64,000 nucleotides of DNA from Candidatus Eiseniibacteriota bacterium (GCA_963702435.1 CAVPCR010000002.1:224001-288000); one strand, 5' to 3'; counted from the stretch's first letter, positions 1 through 10,346 are shown. Numbers and translations: made by a program. The notes: generated by a model not told the origin, from the sequence alone.

Positions 1-1277
<1,277 letters not shown>

Positions 1278-1291
<14 letters not shown>

Positions 1292-2501
1292 GTCGCTTCT
1301 CCACTGGAATGAGGACCGTGACGACCGTTCCCTTCGCGAGTTCGCTCTCGATCGTGATCGCACCGCCATGCTGGCGGAGGAGCGCCTGCGATGTCGACAG
1401 CCCGAGCCCGGTACCGCTCGGGCGCGTGGTGAAGAAGGGCTCGAAGAGCTTCGGCAGATCGGCCCGATCGATGCCCACGCCGGTGTCGCGCACCACGATC
1501 TCGAGGAAACGACGGAGCGGCGGCCCGGCGCCGGCAGCTTGCGCCGCATCCTGAGCACCTCGAGCATCCGGAACACCATGAGCACCCGCGGCACCGTGGT
1601 CGTCGCCGGCGCGCCGCCCGCTCCGTCCGACGACCGGCGCCAGTCGCTCGACCGCGCGGAGCACGATCGTGAGATCGCCGCCCGCGGGCATGGCCTGCAC
1701 GGCATTGAGCACGATGTTCAGGAGCACCTGGGCGATCTGATCGGGATCGACGTAGGCCGGCGGCGGCTCGCCTTCCACCTCGACGCGGGAGCGGATCCCC
1801 GCCTTCTCCATGCGCCCCCGGGCCAGCGCGAGCGCGCGCTCGATCGAGTCACGGAGATCGTGCGCGGCCAGCCGCGGCTCGGGCGGGCGCGCGAAGCGGA
1901 GGAGATCCTCGATCAGGCGATCGAGCCGCGCGACCTCCTCGAGGATGAAATCGACGAAGCGGAGCCGCGGATCGCCGGGCTCGAAGCGCCGGCGCAGCAC
2001 CTGCGCATTGGTGCCGATGCCGGAGAGCGGGTTCCTGATCTCGTGGGCCATGCCCGCCGAGAGACGCCCGAGCGCGGCGAGGCGATGCGTCGAATCCTCC
2101 TCGCCCGCGGCCTGCGCGTGCGCGGCGACGAGGAGGAGCGCCCCGCCTCGATCGGATACGGGGAGGACGGTGACGTTCAGGCGGGGTTCGGTGTCGGCTG
2201 CGGGGGCGAGCTCGAAGGTGCCGCCGGCGCCGTCCCGGGCCGCCGCGAGAGCGCGGGTGAGTGCCGGCCCGCCGCTGAGCACCTCGTGGATCGGAGCGCC
2301 GTCGAGCTCGCGGTCGGGCGCGGCGAGGAGAGCGCGCGCGGCCCGGTTGGCGAGCTCGATCCGCCCCTCGCGATCGACGGCGATGGCCGCCCACGGCAGG
2401 CGCTCCGCGATGAGCTCGACGAGCGCCCAGGGCGCGGGCGCCAGCGACGGCGCCATCGTTCCCCCGCGCACGCCCGGGCCGTCCGCCACGTCATGGGCCA
2501 C
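1278..2501 (-). CDS. Cytoplasmic PAS sensor histidine kinase (NtrB-like)
   Basis: H-box GMAHEIRNPL, N-box QVLLNIVLNAVQAM, G1 DTGVGI, F/G2 LFEPFFTTRPSGTGLGL; no TM seen; start moved to GTG 2501 (GGAGGT upstream), alternative ATG 2456; overlaps regulator start. Confidence 0.9.
1546..1599. repeat. Degenerate 9-bp tandem repeat (6 units) inside the kinase HATPase domain
   Basis: gcatcctga/gcacctcga/gcatccgga/acaccatga/gcacccgcg/gcaccgtgg. Confidence 0.55.
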
Positions 2502-2626
2502 GAGGACCTCCAGATCGAGGGCACAGCACTGGTCCCGCCGGGGGCACGGCGCGAGAACGCGAGCGGGACGTTCCAGGCCTGACGGCGGGCGCGATCCGCT
2601 AGTAAGGATCGCGCTCGGCGGGCGGA

Positions 2627-2656
2627 AATGTACCACAGCCCGCGCACGGCCGCCAA
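2627..2656 (-). promoter_or_regulatory. Putative sigma70 promoter of kinase/regulator operon
   Basis: TTGGCG-N18-TACATT with TGn extended -10; followed by 9-bp inverted repeat GCGCGATCC-N8-GGATCGCGC at 2589-2614. Confidence 0.45.
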
Positions 2657-2724
2657 CAGCGACCCGTTCCCCCGAGGAGACATCCTGAAGGAGAACCTCC
2701 TCCGCCGGGGAGGGCGTGAGCGGA

Positions 2725-3498
2725 TCAGCCGATGACGAGGAAGAGCGCGCCCACCGCCATGCAGTACACGCCGAACCACTCGAAGCGGCCGCGGCGCACG
2801 AGGAAGAGGAGCGCGCGAATGGCGATGAGCCCCGAGGCGAAGGCAGCGAGGATCCCGGCCGTGATGCCCAGCGGATCGACGTCCGCCATTCCCCCGAGCC
2901 TCATCAGCTCGTAGATGGTGGCGCCGATGATGGCCGGGATCGCCATCAGGAAGGAGAAGCGGGCGACGCGCACGCGGTCGACACCGAGGGCGAAACCGGT
3001 GGCCATGGTGAGCGCCGAGCGGGAGATGCCCGGGAGGAGCGCAAAGATCTGGGCGACCCCCATGGCCAGCGCCGACAGGGGGTTCACGGAAGCGGTGCCG
3101 ACGCGAAAGGTGCGGGTGGCGATGAGGATGAGGCCGGTGACGACGAGCATCCAGGCGGCGAAATCCGGGGATGCGAAGGCCGAGTTGAATGCGGCGTAGA
3201 ACATGGGCCCGAACACGGCGACGGGCAGCGTGGAGAGGACGAGGAGCCCCAGGAGCCCCGGACCGCCCATCGCACCCGGCTCCCGGGGCGGGCGCACGAT
3301 GCCGAGGAGCTCGCGGCGAAAGGCCCAGAGCAGGGCGGCGAGACTCCCGGTGTGGAGGAGCACGATGACGGCCAGCTCATCTCCGGGTGTGTGGACCCAG
3401 CGGCCGAGGAGCACCAGGTGGCCGTCGCTCGAGATGGGCAGGAACTCGGTCACCCCCTGCACGAGACCGAGCAGCACGTAGCTCAGGAGTTGATGCAT
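2725..3498 (-). CDS. uppP: Undecaprenyl-diphosphate phosphatase (BacA)
   Basis: GLVQGVTEFLPISSDGHL and ALLPGISRS motifs, ARFSFLMAIP, multi-TM. Confidence 0.95.
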   Translation of the reverse strand: MHQLLSYVLLGLVQGVTEFLPISSDGHLVLLGRWVHTPGDELAVIVLLHTGSLAALLWAFRRELLGIVRPPREPGAMGGPGLLGLLVLSTLPVAVFGPMFYAAFNSAFASPDFAAWMLVVTGLILIATRTFRVGTASVNPLSALAMGVAQIFALLPGISRSALTMATGFALGVDRVRVARFSFLMAIPAIIGATIYELMRLGGMADVDPLGITAGILAAFASGLIAIRALLFLVRRGRFEWFGVYCMAVGALFLVIG

Positions 3499-3579
3499 AG
3501 ACGCGTGAATGTACCCGATGCAGCGCGGCAGGAGGGACGAAGTTCGGCCCGGAAACGGCGCGGACGATCGCCCGCGCCG

Positions 3580-4455
3580 TCAATCGAAGCGATAGGAGCG
3601 GCCCTCGCCCGACGCCCGTAGCTCGCTCGCCCGGCGGAAGGCCGTGGCGCCGTCGCCGGCGCGGCCCGCGCGATCGTAGGCGATGCCCAGGTAGTAATGG
3701 GCGCGCGGGTAATCGGGAACGAGCTGGACGGCGGTCTCGAGAGTGCGGATCGCATCGGTGAAGCGATCAGCGCGGCAATAGGCCACACCCAGGTGATAGA
3801 GGGTGGCCGCATGGCGCGGCGACTGCGCCAGGCAGCTCTCGAGCGTGGCCAGCGCATCCTGGCCTCGCCCGCGCTTGGAGAGAATGAGACCCCGGTAGAA
3901 GAGCGCCTCGAAGCGATCGGGCTCGATGGCCAGGGCGCGGTCGAAGGCAGCCGTGGCCTCCTCGACCTGCCCGTTCCGGTAGTGGAGGAGACCGAGGTTG
4001 TAATGGACCTCGAACATGCCGGGGTCGAGCTGGCTGGCCCGCCGCAGATAGTCGAGGGCATCGGCCGTGCGCCCCTCCTCGGCGAGGATCGCGCCGAGAT
4101 TCACGTAGGTCTCGGCCCGCGTGCCGTCGAGGCGCGCGGCGGCGCGCAGCTCGCACAGCGCGCCCTCCATGTCTCCGCGGCGATCGTAAACGAGCGCGAT
4201 ATCGACGCGCGCCGCCACGTGATTCGGATCGCGCTTCAGCGTGAGAAGGAGGAGCTGCTCGGCCTCGGCCAGACGCCCGCGCTTGAGCGCGCTCAATCCG
4301 TCGCGGAAGGCAGCCTGGATCTCGGCCCGTGTAATCTGCGGCCCGTGCCCGGGCGGCGGATTCACCGCGCCCGGAGTGGAGGCCGGGGATTCGCCGGAAC
4401 CGCCGCCCGCGATCGCTCTGGCCGGGGGAAGCGAGTGGATATCGACGTGCTTCAT
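3580..4455 (-). CDS. Tetratricopeptide repeat protein
   Basis: About 6-7 TPR units (YVNLGAIL, HYNLGLLHY, FYRGLIL, YHLGVAY, YYLGIAY); start set at ATG 4455 (MKHVDI). Confidence 0.85.
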   Translation of the reverse strand: MKHVDIHSLPPARAIAGGGSGESPASTPGAVNPPPGHGPQITRAEIQAAFRDGLSALKRGRLAEAEQLLLLTLKRDPNHVAARVDIALVYDRRGDMEGALCELRAAARLDGTRAETYVNLGAILAEEGRTADALDYLRRASQLDPGMFEVHYNLGLLHYRNGQVEEATAAFDRALAIEPDRFEALFYRGLILSKRGRGQDALATLESCLAQSPRHAATLYHLGVAYCRADRFTDAIRTLETAVQLVPDYPRAHYYLGIAYDRAGRAGDGATAFRRASELRASGEGRSYRFD

Positions 4456-4597
4456 GGCGATGTCACGAGCGGGGCGTGGGGGAAAGACGCGCCGCCACCG
4501 CGAGGGGCACCGTGACGCTGCATGCGGATTCTCCCAGCGTGGACCGGCGACACAAGGAACGAGCGCGGGGTCGGGAGAACTCATCCCCGCGCTCGGT

Positions 4598-4627
4598 ACG
4601 CTAGCAACGCTGTGTGGCGACGGTCAA
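4598..4627 (-). promoter_or_regulatory. Putative sigma70 promoter for TPR gene
   Basis: TTGACC-N18-TAGCGT with TGC extended -10, overlapping the mglA stop. Confidence 0.5.
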
Positions 4628-5934
4628 CCGGAAACTTGGCGGCTGGCGCGCGTCCTGCCGATGTCGAGCCGCAGCACGAGCTCGATGCACTCACCCGACT
4701 CGACCTGCTCGAGATCGAGCTCGATCGGCACGACGATGCGGCGCGAGCCGCGCGCCGGAGCCGGCGCGGGTGTGGCGTCCGCGCGCGATTCCTCGGCGGG
4801 GAACGCCTCCCGCGCGACCGAGTCGAGCCGCACGATTTCGAGCTGGGGCCGCGCGCTCGCGGGCGCATCGGCCGCCGGGGCCACCGGCGGGGCGGCCGGC
4901 GCCGCCTGAACCGGGGGCACCGGGAGTTCCGTGGTGACCGGGAAGTCCGGCGAGAGGCCCGGGGGCGCATTGCCCTCGGCCCCGGCGCCGGGACGGGGCG
5001 CCACCGGGATCGGCTCAGCGAGCGCAATCCGGGCCCGTGGCGGCCCCGCCGAGCGCTCGATCTCGAAGACCTGGCTCCCCGAATCGCCGAGGATCGGCCG
5101 GTGCTCACCGGAAGCGGCGGCCGACGTCCCGGCGACCGGCGAGCCGGCGGCCGGGCGGACCTTGAGCGGAGCCAGGGGCAGGACGGGTCGCGCCGGATCA
5201 ACCCGCGCCGGCGCGGGCCGGGCCATGGACGGATCGGGCTCGGGACGCTCCACCGAACCCGGGCTCGCTCCCGCGGCCGCGGCGGGGTGGGCCGCAGGCG
5301 TGGGAGGCGTAGGAGCGCCGGCGTGGACCGCGGCTCCCTGCATCGAGCCGAGCCGGGCCCGGAGGCGCGTGAGGAGGAGTTCGGAGACCAGACGCAAGGT
5401 CTCGAAGACGCCCTCTCCCTTCGCCGCCGCCGCCTCGACCACCGGGCGATCCCCCCGGAGGAGCCCCTGATCGAGTTCGTCGCGGGTGTAGGTGCTCGGC
5501 AGGTCCCGCTTGTTGTACTGGAAGACGAGCGGGATCTCGTCCAGGTCGAGTCCGTAGGCCTCGAGGTTCTCGCGCAGGTTGTCGAGGCTCTCCCGGTTCT
5601 CCTGCATCTTCCCCCGCTCCGAGTCGGCCACGAAGACGAGGGCGTCTACTCCCTTGAGCACGAGCTTGCGGGTGGCATTGTAGAAGACCTGGCCCGGCAC
5701 CGTGTAGAGCATGAGCCGGGCGCGGAACCCTCCGACGTCCCCCAGCTCGAGCGGGAGGAAATCAAAGAACAGCGTGCGGTCCGCCTTGGTCTTCATCGAG
5801 ATCATCTTGCCCTTGTTGGCCGCGGGCACCGCCTCGTAGATGCGCTCGAGGTTGGTCGTCTTGCCGCACAGCCCAGGGCCGTAGTAGACGATCTTCGCGT
5901 TGATCTCCCTGCCCGAGTAGCTGACCACGACCAT
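4624..5934 (-). CDS. mglA: MglA-family small GTPase with ~240-aa Pro/Ala-rich C-terminal extension
   Basis: REINAKIVYYGPGLCGKTTNL, DRTLFFDFLPL, YTVPGQVFYNATRKLVLKGVD, QYNKRDL; RBS AAGGAG. Confidence 0.92.
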   Translation of the reverse strand: MVVVSYSGREINAKIVYYGPGLCGKTTNLERIYEAVPAANKGKMISMKTKADRTLFFDFLPLELGDVGGFRARLMLYTVPGQVFYNATRKLVLKGVDALVFVADSERGKMQENRESLDNLRENLEAYGLDLDEIPLVFQYNKRDLPSTYTRDELDQGLLRGDRPVVEAAAAKGEGVFETLRLVSELLLTRLRARLGSMQGAAVHAGAPTPPTPAAHPAAAAGASPGSVERPEPDPSMARPAPARVDPARPVLPLAPLKVRPAAGSPVAGTSAAASGEHRPILGDSGSQVFEIERSAGPPRARIALAEPIPVAPRPGAGAEGNAPPGLSPDFPVTTELPVPPVQAAPAAPPVAPAADAPASARPQLEIVRLDSVAREAFPAEESRADATPAPAPARGSRRIVVPIELDLEQVESGECIELVLRLDIGRTRASRQVSG

Positions 5935-6090
5935 TGGGATCTGGCTCCTTCTTGAGGAGTGATGACCGCCGGCCCCCTTCGCCCGCGCCCTCCGGCGCCT
6001 TCGCTCTGCGCACCGGTGGATGCCATCGGCCCGGCGATGGCGGCGCCGCCGCGCGCCGGCCGGGCACGATGCCCGATGGGTGGCCGCCGA

Positions 6091-6498
6091 CTAGGCTTCC
6101 CGCACGATCCAGATGCCGGCCCGCTCGCTGAGCTGCGGCCGCCGGGCATCCTCATACACGTGCGGAGCGTAATGGCGGAGCAACACGCCGGTCAGGCGGT
6201 CCCGCTCCTCCGTCCGGAAGTATCGGCAGATCCGCTGGAACATACCGTCTTTTTCTGAGTAGGCGTGGAGGCAGACTTCGTCCACGCGCTCGAACTGTCC
6301 GGCGGAGAAGGAGATCCCGGCCTGATCCTCGAGATCGATCCAGATCGAGGCACGGGCCTCGACCAGATCGAACCCGTGTCGTTCGGCCATGAGGTACTGC
6401 CAGAGCCCGAAGATATCGAGGGGAATGAAGCGGAGACTCGGTGGGGTGGACGACCCACGGCGGCGAACCAGGCAGCGGACCATCTTGAGGCTCGCCAT
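6091..6498 (-). CDS. Hypothetical protein (135 aa), globular-looking
   Basis: GGGGAGGG RBS before ATG; normal amino-acid composition unlike shadow ORFs; co-oriented upstream of mglA. Confidence 0.7.
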   Translation of the reverse strand: MASLKMVRCLVRRRGSSTPPSLRFIPLDIFGLWQYLMAERHGFDLVEARASIWIDLEDQAGISFSAGQFERVDEVCLHAYSEKDGMFQRICRYFRTEERDRLTGVLLRHYAPHVYEDARRPQLSERAGIWIVREA

Positions 6499-6515
6499 GA
6501 CCCTCCCCTGCGAAA

Positions 6516-6530
6516 TGGCACGTCCGTTGC
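6516..6530 (+). promoter_or_regulatory. sigma54 -24/-12 promoter
   Basis: TGGCACG-TCCG-TTGC, an exact match to TGGCACG-N4-TTGC, intergenic, 56 nt before an RBS-led ORF. Confidence 0.8.
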
Positions 6531-6586
6531 GATAGCGCCGAGACCGAAAGCACCGCTTCGGTGCTGCAGGTGTGCGGAGGTCTGCG

Positions 6587-6838
6587 ATGAAGGGATTCGG
6601 GTGGCGACGCGACCGTCAGGTGTCGGCAGCCTATTGCCGCCGCGACAATCGAGTCTATCGGTCCTGTCCGCTGGGCAGCAACTGGGAAACCTGCACGCTG
6701 AACTGCGATTGCCTCCTCGCCGGGATGTCCGCCGCGGAGCGCAGCCCGGCGGCAGCCGGACCGCCGCCCGGGCCGGCCCGCGCCGCCGCATGGGTGGAGC
6801 CGGAAGCGCGCCGCCGCGCCGGAGGCGAGGCTTCCTAG
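6587..6838 (+). CDS. Small Cys-rich hypothetical protein (83 aa)
   Basis: GGAGG at 6576-6580, ATG 6587; MKGFGWRRDRQVSAAYCRRDNRVYRSCPLGSNWETCTLNCDCLL...; downstream of sigma54 site. Confidence 0.6.
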   Translation: MKGFGWRRDRQVSAAYCRRDNRVYRSCPLGSNWETCTLNCDCLLAGMSAAERSPAAAGPPPGPARAAAWVEPEARRRAGGEAS

Positions 6839-6959
6839 CACGTCCGCCACGTGCCGGCCGAGATCTGTCCGCGCCAATCGAGCGGGGTGGTCGAACATCG
6901 ACCGCCCCGCTCGCCTGTTCCGGGCCGCACCGGGGCGGCGCCCGCCGCGAGCTTCCCGC

Positions 6960-6989
6960 TTGACAGCCTCGGCCCCGGGTCCATAGCGT
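6960..6989 (+). promoter_or_regulatory. Putative sigma70 promoter for acyltransferase-GT4 operon
   Basis: TTGACA-N18-TAGCGT. Confidence 0.6.
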
Positions 6990-7077
6990 GCCCCATGGCC
7001 GGATCGTCGTAGCGCGGGGTGAGGTTCCCGGGGCCGGATCGCCCCGAGCGCCGCCCGCCGGTCCTCTCCACACTTTC

Positions 7078-7947
7078 ATGTTCGCATCTCTCGGCTTTTC
7101 CACCATCGCGGCCATGGCCCGCTTCGTCCCTACGCGCGCCGGGTATCTGGTCGCGCGGGCGGGAGCGCGCCTTCACTACGCCGTGTCCCCGACGCGCCGG
7201 GCCGCGGTCGCCGAGAACCTGGCCCGGGTGAGCGCCTTCCGCCGCGATCTCGAGCCGGGCCGGCGCCCGCAAGCAGCATCCGCCGTCGTCGCCACTTTCG
7301 AGAGCCACGGCGCCCTCCTCTTCGAGTGGCTGCGCGCGAGCGCCGGGGCGCGCTACGCCTTGCCGCTCGCCGGGCGCGAGCACCTGGACCGCGCGTTGCA
7401 TCGCGGGCGCGGCGCCATCCTCGTCACCTGCCACCTCGGCAACTGGGAGGTGGCGGCCACCGAGCTCGCGCGCGCCGGATATCCGCTCACGGTCGTCACC
7501 GGCGAGCAGCTCGGGCGGTGGGCGCCCGCGGTCCGGCGCGACAAGGCCCGGCGCGGCATCGCCGTCGTGCGTCCGGCCGATGGCATGCGCGCGCTCTACC
7601 GCCAGCTGGCGGCGAACCGCATCATCACGCTCCTGATCGACGGCGACGTCTACTGGCGCGGGCAGCCGATCGACTTCCTGGGTGCACCCGCCGCCCTGCC
7701 CTGGGGTGCGGTCCGCCTCGCCCGCTCGACGGGCGCTCCGCTCCTCGCCGCCACCATGCGGCGCACGGGACCGGGGGCCTACGCGGCGGAGATCCATTCG
7801 CCGGTGGATCCCCGGGACGATGTTCACGCGGCGATGCGCGCGCTCCTCGCTCCGATCGAGCAGGCGATCGCGGCCGACCCGACCCAGTGGTGCCTGTTCC
7901 GTCCGCTGTGGCCCGGCCGAGACGGCGAGACCGGGGGCGCGCGTTGA
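7078..7947 (+). CDS. LpxL/PatA-family lipid acyltransferase
   Basis: GAILVTCHLGNWEVAA, LLIDGD, FLGAPAALPWGAVRLA, IAADPTQWCLF; start uncertain (ATG 7078 chosen as it lies downstream of the promoter). Confidence 0.85.
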   Translation: MFASLGFSTIAAMARFVPTRAGYLVARAGARLHYAVSPTRRAAVAENLARVSAFRRDLEPGRRPQAASAVVATFESHGALLFEWLRASAGARYALPLAGREHLDRALHRGRGAILVTCHLGNWEVAATELARAGYPLTVVTGEQLGRWAPAVRRDKARRGIAVVRPADGMRALYRQLAANRIITLLIDGDVYWRGQPIDFLGAPAALPWGAVRLARSTGAPLLAATMRRTGPGAYAAEIHSPVDPRDDVHAAMRALLAPIEQAIAADPTQWCLFRPLWPGRDGETGGAR

Positions 7948-9269
7948 GGATCGGCATCGTCACCCACGCCTACTATCCGCACTACGGCGGGGTCACCGAG
8001 AACGTCGCCGCCACGCGCCGCGCGCTCGCGCGGCTCGGACACCGCGTGACCGTGATCACGGCCGGGGCCGGAGCCGGAGAACGGGAGCCGGGCGTGATCC
8101 GCATCGGCGGGCAGATCCTCGTGCCGTGGAATGGCGCCACGGTGAACCTGACGCACGGCGTCGCGCTTGCGGACCGCCTCGCCGAGATCTACCGCCGCGA
8201 GCAGCTCGATCTCCTGCACATCCACTGCCCGCTCGCGCCGATGCTGCCGCTCGCTGCCCTCCGCGCCGCACGCGGGCGACCGGTGGTCGGCATGTTCCAC
8301 GCGACGGCGCGGGCGAACCTCGGATACGCGCTCTTTCGCCCCCTCCTCGCGCGGGCGTTCCGCCACATCACGGTGCCGGTGGCGGTGAGCGAGCCGGCGC
8401 GCCGCTTCGTCGCGCAGTACTTTCCCGGCCCCTATCGCATCGTGCCGAACGGCGTGGATATCGAGCGCTTCTCCCCGACCGTGAAGCCGTTCCGCGCGCC
8501 GGACGGCGTGCCGACCATCCTCTCCCTCGGCCGCCTGGATCCGCGGAAAGGGATCGAGCATCTGATCGACGCCATGCCGCTCGTGGCCCGGGCCGTCGGT
8601 CGCGTGCGCCTCCTCGTGGCCGGCGACGGCCCGCGGGCCCGCGACCTGCGCGCGCGCGCCGCGGAGCGAGCGCGCGGCCTCGTCGAGTTCCTGGGCTCGG
8701 TACCTGCGGCCGCCGTGCCCGGCCTCTACGCCGCCGCCGATTGCCTCTGCGCGCCAGCGGTGCGGAACGAGAGCTTCGGCATCGTGCTCCTCGAATCGAT
8801 GGCCAGCGCGCGCCCCGTCATCGCGAGCGACATCGACGGCTACCGCCAGGTCGTGGTGCCCGGAGAGACCGGCCTCCTCGTGCCACCGGGGGATCCCCGC
8901 GCGCTCGCGGACTCCCTCTCCGCGGTGCTCGGAGATCCCGCGCGCAGGGCCGCCATGGGCGAGGCCGGACGGCGCCGCGCTCGCCGCTTCGCCTGGGAGG
9001 CGGTGACCGCCGAGCTCGTGGCCATCTACGACGAGGCGATGGGCGCGACACCCGCTGCCGTCCCCGAGCGCGCGGTCGCTCCCGCCAGCGCTCAGCGCGA
9101 GGATCTCGCCTGGCGCACCAACCTGGCGGGGAGTCCGCGGCCGCGCGGGAGGGAGGAGGAGCTCGTCGTGCTCGGGCGCGAGAGCGGCTCCGGGCACGGA
9201 GCGCGGAGCGGACGCGCGCGCGCGCGTCGAGAGCGCACGGCGGCCGGCCGCATCTCCGGCGCGCGCTAG
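7944..9269 (+). CDS. GT4 glycosyltransferase, PimA-like
   Basis: TTG start overlapping upstream TGA; RIGIVTHAYYPHYGGV, PWNGAT, LHIHCPLAP, AVSEPARR, VPNGVD, LGRLDPRKG, ESFGIVLLESMA. Confidence 0.88.
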   Translation: MRIGIVTHAYYPHYGGVTENVAATRRALARLGHRVTVITAGAGAGEREPGVIRIGGQILVPWNGATVNLTHGVALADRLAEIYRREQLDLLHIHCPLAPMLPLAALRAARGRPVVGMFHATARANLGYALFRPLLARAFRHITVPVAVSEPARRFVAQYFPGPYRIVPNGVDIERFSPTVKPFRAPDGVPTILSLGRLDPRKGIEHLIDAMPLVARAVGRVRLLVAGDGPRARDLRARAAERARGLVEFLGSVPAAAVPGLYAAADCLCAPAVRNESFGIVLLESMASARPVIASDIDGYRQVVVPGETGLLVPPGDPRALADSLSAVLGDPARRAAMGEAGRRRARRFAWEAVTAELVAIYDEAMGATPAAVPERAVAPASAQREDLAWRTNLAGSPRPRGREEELVVLGRESGSGHGARSGRARARRERTAAGRISGAR

Positions 9270-9311
9270 GAGGCCGTTGATTTCAACGGGCTGCCGGCGC
9301 CGGAGCCCTGG

Positions 9312-10016
9312 CTAGAAGACCCCCCGCCCGCCGGCGAGGATCGCGTTGAGCGCGGCGCGGAAGACCTCGTCGCTCGCCTGGGCGCCAGCGCACGCCTGGA
9401 AGTCGGCCCACGCGTCGCGGATCACGGGCCCGAGATGCGCATCCCAGCGTTGGTCGGCGCGCGCCCTCGCCACCAGGTCTTCGTGCGCGGCAGCGAGCGC
9501 CTGGACGATGTCGGCGGCGATCTGCTCGAGGTCCTTCGCCGACAGCGCGACGAAGGCATCGGCCGGCGCTCCCTGCTCGCTCCCGTCGCCGCCAGCGGGC
9601 GCATGATCGCCGATCCCGAAGCCGTGCGTCACGAGGAGCGGACGCTCGCCGGGCCCGGTGCGTTCGAGGCGGATCCGCCCGCCCGTCTTGGGCGATCGCT
9701 GCGGCGCGGAGCGCGTTCCCGCGGGCAGCGGCGAGCCGGCCGGCCGGCTCGCGGCTCCGCGCGGCGGGATCCGCCGCTTCGACCCGGCCGTGTCCCGCCG
9801 GGCGGGGCCCGGGGTGGAGGCGCGCGGAGCGGCATGGCGGCCGGGCACGGGAGCGGCAACCGGCGCCGGGACCGGGGCGCCGGCAGCGGGGCGTTTGCCG
9901 CCGGCCACGCCGAACGCGCGCCCGCACTTCGCGCAACGTGCAACGGCACCTTGCGACGGAATGCCGCCCGGATTCATCCGGTGGCGAGCACTGCAATAGG
10001 GACAGGCGATGATCAC
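9312..10016 (-). CDS. MJ0042-type zinc-ribbon domain protein with C-terminal helical domain
   Basis: GTG 10016: IIACPYCSARHRM...ARCAKCGRAF; Pro/Arg linker; C-terminus FRAALNAILAGGRGVF. Confidence 0.75.
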   Translation of the reverse strand: MIIACPYCSARHRMNPGGIPSQGAVARCAKCGRAFGVAGGKRPAAGAPVPAPVAAPVPGRHAAPRASTPGPARRDTAGSKRRIPPRGAASRPAGSPLPAGTRSAPQRSPKTGGRIRLERTGPGERPLLVTHGFGIGDHAPAGGDGSEQGAPADAFVALSAKDLEQIAADIVQALAAAHEDLVARARADQRWDAHLGPVIRDAWADFQACAGAQASDEVFRAALNAILAGGRGVF

Positions 10017-10346
10017 GCGTGGACCTTCTGGAACCGGGACTGCCGCCCGGCGCGCGCACGGCTCGCGATGCGGCCGCGACGCCCGGGCAGGCCTCGGTGG
10101 CGGTACGGAGTCGGGGCAACGCCCCCAGCCACATCCGCCTGCGTCCGGGCGAGACACCGCTCCGGGTTGCAAGAAGTCGGCCACGCCCGGCGCGCGCAAG
10201 GGCCCCGCCGCACGGGGCGCACCGGACGCAATGGGACGCAACGGACAGCATGCACCGCTGAAGGCAACAGGCAGCGCGCACCGCGGATGGCACCAGGGAG
10301 CACGCACGACCACCGGACCAGGGCGATACGCGAGAGCCTCTCCCGC

